IMG/VR virus record: IMGVR_UViG_3300021425_000134
Location: 1-28,254 of that record
DNA length: 28,254 nucleotides
Strand: one strand, 5' to 3'
DNA from: a virus
Taxonomy: Duplodnaviria; Caudoviricetes
The translations under genes were made by a program, and so were the position numbers. The notes under the pieces were generated by a model that was not told the origin of the DNA, searched no databases, and saw only the letters and a program-made list of their open reading frames with translations. This document shows positions 18,801 to 25,100 of this stretch, one piece after another. The first letter of the stretch is position 1, and each line of letters opens with the position of its first letter.

Positions 18801-19270
18801 ACACAGCGCTTGAGGTGGGACGCAGCAGCACCACGGAGTACATTGACTTTGGCACCAGCGGTCAGGTCAGCGTGTTCCTTGCAAACGTCGAGGAGTTTCG
18901 TTTTGCTGCAGGCGGTACGTTCCACGCGGATGCTGATGTCGTTGCATTCTCAACAACGGTGGCATCTGATGAGCGGTTGAAGCACGCGATCGAGCCAATC
19001 CCGTTTGCTCTGGAAAAGGTTATGGCGTTAACCGGCGTCAAGTTTAAGTACCGCAGAGACAATCGCAATTCAGCGGGCGTCATAGCGCAGAATGTTGAGC
19101 AGGTTATGCCCAGCGCCGTGCGCGAGATGGAGCAGTTAAATAGCGGCGAAACGTACAAGGCGGTCGATTACAACCAGCTGATAGGGCTGTTGATTGAAGG
19201 CATGAAGGAGCAGCAGAGCCAGATCAATTCACTGCGTGCGCAAATCTTTACGTTGCAGCGGAACCAGTGA
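15869..19270 (+). CDS. long fibre protein with C-terminal intramolecular chaperone (peptidase S74 family)
   Basis: S/T/G-rich repeats, KAPLASPALTGTPTAPT and QIATTAFV fibre motifs. C-terminal SDERLK (Ser codon 18965), GVIAQNVEQVMP, VDYNQLIGLLIEGMKE and terminal coiled coil. Confidence 0.92.
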   Translation: MIVIKGTDADTNIYNSNGTLSANRTLTLGSNTLTVSGSAGTAGVQYGGDYSANFTARSLVDLGYVDAHLVGADVSSTLAAPTSAQQGYSVTWDNTNSRFTLSDVSGSGGGGTGTVTSVTGTGTVSGITLSGTGTTDVTLTLGGTLSITESQISDFGDYLPLTGGSLTGDVDSTANIEAVEFVGDLRGAVLFKAQAGEALTKGEVVYISGISGNTTVVSKADADDANKMPAFGVVAADASLNTAVNIYTFGTLSNLNTSGYTLGDTLYVGTTPGALVSTPPAGQSSLIQNIAKVTRVDNSAGSIKIQGAGRTNAVPNLNEGNVFIGNASNQAEVRALVEADISDFGTYLTSFTETNDLTAAVTWANVPDANITQSSVTQHQAALSITESQISDLGTYLTGNETITLSGDVSGSGTTSIVVTVADDSHNHIISNVDGLQAALDLKAPLASPALTGTPTAPTAATATNTTQIATTAFVKAQGYLTSFTETNDLTAAVTWANVPNANITQSSVTQHQAALSITESQISDFGTYATLVGGTVPASQLPSYVDDVVEAAGTGNFPATGETDKIYVDTSANKTYRWSGSQYVEISASPGSTDEVTEGSTNLYFTNARARAAISVSGSLSYDSGTGVISYTQPTNVSTFTNDSGYITASSTATLTNKSGNISQWTNDSGYLTSETSHADVVVDADFASQGLMRRGATAGSYSIVTDNSANWNTAFGWGDHAAAGYLTSFTETNDLTAAVTWANVPNANITQSSVTQHQAALSITESQISDLGNYSAVTSGAGVPSTTPAALGDIYIDTTNDDAYIAVGTASSADWEKSNDGGGGGGSGTVTSVSGTGTVSGISLSGTVTTSGSLTLGGTLAADTSNITTGTFADARIAESNVTQHQAALSITESQISDLGAYITASSTDTLTNKSGNISQWTNDSGYTTNTGTVTSVGGTGTVNGLTLSGTVTTSGNLTLGGSVSGSLTGVTSVYNTALEVGRSSTTEYIDFGTSGQVSVFLANVEEFRFAAGGTFHADADVVAFSTTVASDERLKHAIEPIPFALEKVMALTGVKFKYRRDNRNSAGVIAQNVEQVMPSAVREMEQLNSGETYKAVDYNQLIGLLIEGMKEQQSQINSLRAQIFTLQRNQ
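16907..18190 (+). repeat. three 144-nt (48-aa) coding repeats within the fibre gene
   Basis: YLTSFTETNDLTAAVTWANVP(D/N)ANITQSSVTQHQAALSITESQISD(L/F)G at 16907-17050, 17306-17449 and 18047-18190; partial copies at 16301-16336 and 18518-18574. Confidence 0.95.
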
Positions 19271-19271
19271 C

Positions 19272-21539
19272 ATGGCGACACTGGGCAGATGGCGAGGCAC
19301 TAACGTAGCGACGATCCCAAACAGCACGACGTTTGGTGCACCGTCCAACCTGTTCGGGACGCAAGTTCGTAACGATAGCAGCGCGTACACATTCACTGCC
19401 AGCACATCGACGCTGACACTGCCGAGCACAGGGCTGGCAGACGGGTATTATCTACATGCTCGTGTCGAAACAGACGACACAAGCAACGGCAGGTTCAATC
19501 CTGTCGGACAGATCGTGCAGGCTAGTGGTACAGGCACGTTTGTTAATTCGCCAGGCGCAGGCTACAGCCGCGACACGTCAGAAGACAGGGCTTATTTTAA
19601 TACGTGGGCCTTCGTGCATAACCCGTCAGCCAGCAGCACGTACCAGTTCCAGTGGGCGCGGGATGCAGACGGAGCGACAGGCACGACGATCATCGCCACG
19701 TTTGACGTGATCCCGTTTTACTACAATGACATTGGGTTATACACCAGCACCAGCGCAGCGCTGTATGGTGGCACTACACCAAACCAAGTGACAGGCTGGA
19801 CCGGAACCGACGGCACGAACATCACACTGGCCAGCAATGCGGTGACGTGTGCAGCAGACAATGTAAAATACCTGTGCCTTGGCTCGCAGTATTATGAGGG
19901 GCGGGGCGGCAGGACGCAGCGCTGGATGGGCTGGCGGATTGGCGGAACCAAAATTGATTATGGTAAAAGCTATGCGTATTTCCGCAACGCGTCGAACGAC
20001 AGGAACGGCGGCAACTTCTTCCATATGTTCGAAACAACAACCGCCAACGTATCGGTCGATCAATTCTGTTATCGTGGTGATGGCGTAGCAGCTGGTCAAG
20101 GCGGTGCGGATATTGACGGATCAACGCCGACAGCAGGTGATCACGCTATGGTCATCATGGAATTGAACAGCACTGCTGAAGGGTTTCACACTATCGACAA
20201 CACAGGCGGTGTAGACCTGAACGTAGTTGCGTCTGTTGATCATGCGTTGTGCCGCACAGCAGCTATATCATTCAATGACGCTGCATCGTTTACACGCTCG
20301 ACCGACACAGCAATGGATGTGACCGCAGCGGCAGACATATTTGTAGCGGCTAATATAACCGCAGCACAGGAGGTGATCGGAACAACGTCACGCTGGACTG
20401 CACAGTGTACGCCAACTGTGAACGGTACGGCAGACACTGATATTTTTCACGGTAATTATGGACGTAACAATCAGGGCTCGACCGACACTTTTGGCTGGGG
20501 CTGCAACGTAGCTGGATTTATTGGCGCAAGCGCTGGGGACGACATTGGCATTGAAACGTTAGAGCTGACCGGCGGTGAGGACGGTGGACAGTTTGAAGTC
20601 CAACCAAACTGGTCGGGGTTTCTGGGGCTAAACTTAGACACGTTGCAGGACACAGGTACTGGCATTGAGCAGTATTCTGTCACCAGTGGTGAGATTACAT
20701 TGGCCGGCGTGCAAAGCTTTTTCGGTGACACGGGCAGCATAGCACTAGGCGATCTGTATCGTGGCGGTGGTATAGTGCCAGACATTACAGAAAACGCTGC
20801 CGTTCCAGCTAGTGGCGAGATTAGTTTGTCGGATATGTACGGCGTGTATAAGCAAGGCGCTACAGACACAACACCAGACGCATTCACGTTTACCGATGTG
20901 ACAGACGTTGCAGTTTCCACTACACAAACATCTAACACCATAACGGTAGCAGGCATGTCGGCAGGTGCTTCAGCGACAGTAACAGTGACGGGTGGCACGT
21001 ACAGCAAGAACAGCGGCGGGTATGTATCGACAGCAGGCACGGCACAGAATGGTGATACGTTTAGCGTGCGCCACACATCGTCAGCGAGCAACAGCACATC
21101 GGTCAACACAACGCTAACCATTGGCGGTGTCAGTGACACGTACACGTCGACCACTGAGGCTTCAGCTTCGGACGTCACACCGAGCAACACGAGCTGGTGG
21201 AACAACGTCGATACAGTCAACGGATCAGGCACGACGAACACAAACACGATTACAATCGCCGGTATAAACACGACGATCACACTACGCATCGAAGCGACGA
21301 CTGGTGGGGGTGATCCATACAGCATTCGCCCGAGGGTAAATGGCACACTGGTTGGGACGGCACAGACTACGCCTATCGATACGGCAGATGCGTTTACGTT
21401 TACTGTAAGTAATGGTGACACGATCGCGTTTTTTCTGGACACGCAAGACCAAACGGAGAACGGTCAGGTGTCTATCTATAACCAAAGCGACAGCAACACG
21501 CTGTTAGACACGTTCTCAGTTACACTGGAGGTCGATTGA
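19272..21539 (+). CDS. beta-rich virion adhesin / receptor-binding protein with Ig-like C-terminal repeats
   Basis: Start moved to ATG 19272, 1 nt after the fibre stop. T/S/G-rich; internal SGEITL...SGEISLSDMYG motif; DTTPDAFTF and DVTPSN repeats. Confidence 0.8.
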   Translation: MATLGRWRGTNVATIPNSTTFGAPSNLFGTQVRNDSSAYTFTASTSTLTLPSTGLADGYYLHARVETDDTSNGRFNPVGQIVQASGTGTFVNSPGAGYSRDTSEDRAYFNTWAFVHNPSASSTYQFQWARDADGATGTTIIATFDVIPFYYNDIGLYTSTSAALYGGTTPNQVTGWTGTDGTNITLASNAVTCAADNVKYLCLGSQYYEGRGGRTQRWMGWRIGGTKIDYGKSYAYFRNASNDRNGGNFFHMFETTTANVSVDQFCYRGDGVAAGQGGADIDGSTPTAGDHAMVIMELNSTAEGFHTIDNTGGVDLNVVASVDHALCRTAAISFNDAASFTRSTDTAMDVTAAADIFVAANITAAQEVIGTTSRWTAQCTPTVNGTADTDIFHGNYGRNNQGSTDTFGWGCNVAGFIGASAGDDIGIETLELTGGEDGGQFEVQPNWSGFLGLNLDTLQDTGTGIEQYSVTSGEITLAGVQSFFGDTGSIALGDLYRGGGIVPDITENAAVPASGEISLSDMYGVYKQGATDTTPDAFTFTDVTDVAVSTTQTSNTITVAGMSAGASATVTVTGGTYSKNSGGYVSTAGTAQNGDTFSVRHTSSASNSTSVNTTLTIGGVSDTYTSTTEASASDVTPSNTSWWNNVDTVNGSGTTNTNTITIAGINTTITLRIEATTGGGDPYSIRPRVNGTLVGTAQTTPIDTADAFTFTVSNGDTIAFFLDTQDQTENGQVSIYNQSDSNTLLDTFSVTLEVD

Positions 21540-21952
21540 TGGCTAACGAATTGGTTCTTGTAGCAGACCCTGCAGCGGACAGCGGCCTGACAATGACGGC
21601 AAATGTGCTGACGTCTTCTGGCACGTCGGTATCTACTGGCATCAGCTGCAGTGAAAGCGGAAGCACAGCGATATACGTCGGCAACTTCCCGACATCCCAG
21701 ACGACAGCGGGCATGTATATCGTGCAATTCTTTTCTGGCGGCACGCTGTATGGAAGTGGCAGCATTGCGTGGGATGGCTCGGCGGAAATCACCGATCAGA
21801 CGACAGACTTAAAAGCGTTTGAGCTGTGGCAGCTGCAAGGTCTCGACGCGTCCAACCCCATGACCGTTACAACGACATCCAGAACCGCCGGAGATATTTC
21901 GCAATCCATTGCTGGTAACGGCACGACAACGTCGACTGTGCAGCGCTCATGA
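21539..21952 (+). CDS. small beta-rich virion protein
   Basis: ATG at 21539 in a TGATG overlap, GGAGG at 21527-21531; C-terminal LWQLQGLDASNPMTVTTTSRTAGDISQ motif. Confidence 0.75.
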   Translation: MANELVLVADPAADSGLTMTANVLTSSGTSVSTGISCSESGSTAIYVGNFPTSQTTAGMYIVQFFSGGTLYGSGSIAWDGSAEITDQTTDLKAFELWQLQGLDASNPMTVTTTSRTAGDISQSIAGNGTTTSTVQRS

Positions 21953-22179
21953 CGCCGCTAGCCGTCGCAACTGATGGACTGGTTGATGGGCCCGACACTA
22001 TCACCAAGGCCAGTCGCGGATACCTGACACTGGAGGTGCAGGTAACGCCGCAGGTCACGCCATCTGGTGGGGCAAGCGACCGCGCATACAGTCTGCGACT
22101 GCGTGAACGGATCATTGCGGAGGAAGATGATGCGGTGGCGATGATATTGGAAGCTTTGTTCCGACGCATGAAGCTATAA
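21949..22179 (+). CDS. small protein ending in an acidic-then-hydrophobic helix (EEDDAVAMILEAL)
   Basis: ATGA overlap with the previous gene; fills the gap up to the giant ORF. Confidence 0.7.
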   Translation: MTPLAVATDGLVDGPDTITKASRGYLTLEVQVTPQVTPSGGASDRAYSLRLRERIIAEEDDAVAMILEALFRRMKL

Positions 22180-22186
22180 CAATCGC

Positions 22187-25100
22187 ATGGCAAATCGTTT
22201 TGACGTATGCGTTCGACGCGTAAATCCACCCGAAGCCGACGTAGCTGATCTGCGTCGGTTTATCGATGAAGTTGGTGACGAGGTTCTGGGTACGCAGGCC
22301 TACCTTAGCTCGACGGAAAAGAGCCTCAACGATTTGCGCGCCAAGCTGCAAGAGATGGGCGTACCGGCTGAGGTGACGCCAACGGTAAAGAGCGACACGC
22401 GTGGGCAGCTGCAGGTGTTTCCCGATCGGCGCCCGTTGCTAGAGCTGGGACGCAAGGCCGATGTGTCGACTGTCAACCATGAGATGGCGCACGCCTATCT
22501 CGACATGCTGGACCGCATGTCGAAAGGTGCGTTTGGTGCAGAGGCGCAGGCGTGGGCTGAAAAGCAACTGGGCGACATCAAGGAGATGACTGGCTTTAAG
22601 CGGGTGGCGCCATTGTTCCACACTGCAGACACGCTGTACCTTGAGCCGGAGAAACAGGTAGGCGAGCTGACGTCTGAAGGCATAGAGATCCACGAGACGT
22701 TCGCGGAAATGTTCGAGACGTATCTGCGCAGCGGCAAGACCAAGAACGTCAGTCAGAAAAAGGCAATGCGCAACTATCGTCGGTGGATGACCAGCATTTA
22801 CCGATCGGCGGATGACCCTCGCATTTCGCGCGCCAAAGACCTGATGAATGACGAGATCACAGACTGGTTCGACCGCATGATCGAAGCGGAGGATCACAGC
22901 GCGGCAGCTGCTGCAGAGCTGGACGTCATGGCAGATGAGCGTGTCAAAGCTATGGTGGCCAAGGGCATCCTGACGGAGAAGCAGGCTCAGAACGTAGCTA
23001 AGCGGCTCATAGAAGCTCGTGAGCGCGCGACAGAAGAGATGCTGGCCAAGCTTACCAAAGAGCACGAGGCACGCCTCACGCAGGAAGCTGAGCGGATACG
23101 GCGCAGAGTACGGCGCGAGAGTACGGAAGAGTTCGATACCAGCAAGACTGGCCGCGCAATGAACTGGCTGACTGATGGTGAGTGGAATGGCAACAAGCTC
23201 AGTCAGCAAGGTGAGCGCGATCGCTTAGCGCGCGCTGAAGCAATGGGGTTTGATACCTCTCGGGTTTTTTATCATGGCAGCCCTATCACGTTCGTTCAGG
23301 AATTTATGCCAAGTACAGAAGGCTTTTTGGGGCCAGGTGTTTATGCGACCTCCGTGCCCGAAGCAGCGGAAGATTACATGGGCACGAAGGATGAAGAGGG
23401 CGTAATTTATCCTTTATATGTTCGAGGCAGACTAGCTGGGGAAAGAGAATATAATCAGCTTTCCAACGATCCAGTGTTGCAGCGCATTGCATCAGAAAAG
23501 ACTGCCGAACAAGAAGCTTTCTTAGGCTATCCGCAACCGCTTGAGGTGCAGCTCGCTGCGCTGGTTTCGGAGCAATTACAGGATCGTGGATTTGATGGAA
23601 TTTCTTTTGACGATGGCGAGCTTGTCGTAATCTTCGACCCCAAAAATGTGCGGGGTATCTTTGCCCGTTTCGAGGACGCCAACACCAGCAACATACTGGG
23701 GCAGAAAGAGCTGGCGCGTGAGGCGCGTTACAAGCGCATGGAAGACATGGGCTACGACACCAGCACAGTTCTGTATCGTGGCGTCAGGTCTGACCCCAGT
23801 GTGCGCGGGCCTGATCAGGCGCTGTTCGAATACTACACCGACAGTCCGTTTTACGCATCTTACTACGCGTTCGGTGAGCCGACCGGCAGTCCGTTGAGCA
23901 TGGATCTTGAAAGCAATCTGTTGTTTGAGGAAAGCATTCCACAGATGCAAAAGCGTTTGGAGGAATGGAAGGCTGCAAATTACCAGCCGGTTCTTGATCA
24001 ACTTAATCAGCTTCGCGGACCCAATCGCGAGTTTCAAGACGACATCGATCAGTTGAGACGCCAGTATAACGATATGCTGAAAGATATGCGGCGCACTGAA
24101 AATTTAGTCAATGCGTATCCAGACGAGCTGACAGACCTCAAAGATCGTGTGCAGATATTGGCGTTAACTGAAGCTGAGCGGGAAGGTCGTTCACTCGATC
24201 AAGTGTTGAGTGATCGTATGATGAGCCGGCCGCTACTTGATGAGGTGTTACCAAAATACAGTTTGCCGGACGAAGATCTGCAGCGATATAGCGCGGAGCC
24301 GTTGCCCTTTGCTATGAGCACGTTTCCGCAGATTGATCTGCTAGACCGTTTTGCGCAATCGGTCAGAGTGGCGACAGGCGACTTTCTGTTTACGATGGAG
24401 CACTACGGACAACTTGGCGCGCCGATCTTTAGATGGAACAACACAGCAAAACAGATTGAGATAGTCGACAACGCGGTATCGTGGACCGCCAGCAATATAC
24501 TGCCGCTGGAAAAGTACGCAATGGCAGAAGACGCGCTTGCCGCCGCCGGATTGGCGAAGCGTGGGGATTTGTTAGTCCAGTATCGCAACAAAGAAATTAT
24601 TTTGCACCCCGATCAATTGCTGCCGGACGAACGCGAAGCGTTTGACAGGTTGCAAGGTCAGGCGCGCGAAAGATGGAATGAGTTTCAAAATCGCACCCAT
24701 AACATCCGCGCAATTACCGAGGGATACGAGCAGCTGATTGACCAGTTGTACGAATTAGGATGGGACTTGCGCGCATTCGATACCAGTCAGGCCGGTGACC
24801 CTGCATTGTATCCGGTGTTCCTAAAGCGCGGGAAGCCGCTGTTGGTATCCGACGAAACTGAAATAATGGATCTAGGATATGATGCGGAGCGCGTCGCCAA
24901 GTTGCGGGAGCAGGGATACACACATGCAATCTGGCATCCAGAGTTCGACGAAGGCGATTTTGACGGCGTTGAGCTGGGCAGCATGGCAGAGTACCGGTAC
25001 GGCGCTGAGGTTGTCGTCTTTGACCAAGACGCAGTCATATCCATCTTCGATCCTGCGTTGCCGGCAGACAATCCTGTTGCCAACATCGTCAAACAGAATG

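Noticed and set aside
354-21792. Antisense and alternate-frame ORFs over the structural genes, including the poly-Gly ORF 2158-2418 and 20471-21442
   Set aside because: They are fully overlapped by well-supported, coupled plus-strand genes; such ORFs are expected in GC-rich coding DNA.
15501-22179. Cassette as an intron, intein or transposon
   Set aside because: No homing endonuclease, transposase, terminal repeats or splice-like structure seen; it consists of ordinary coupled structural genes.
22175-22189. TATAAC ending 6 nt before ATG 22187 as a leaderless promoter
   Set aside because: There is no -35 or extended -10 element, and the hexamer includes the upstream stop codon; re-initiation after the short gap is simpler.
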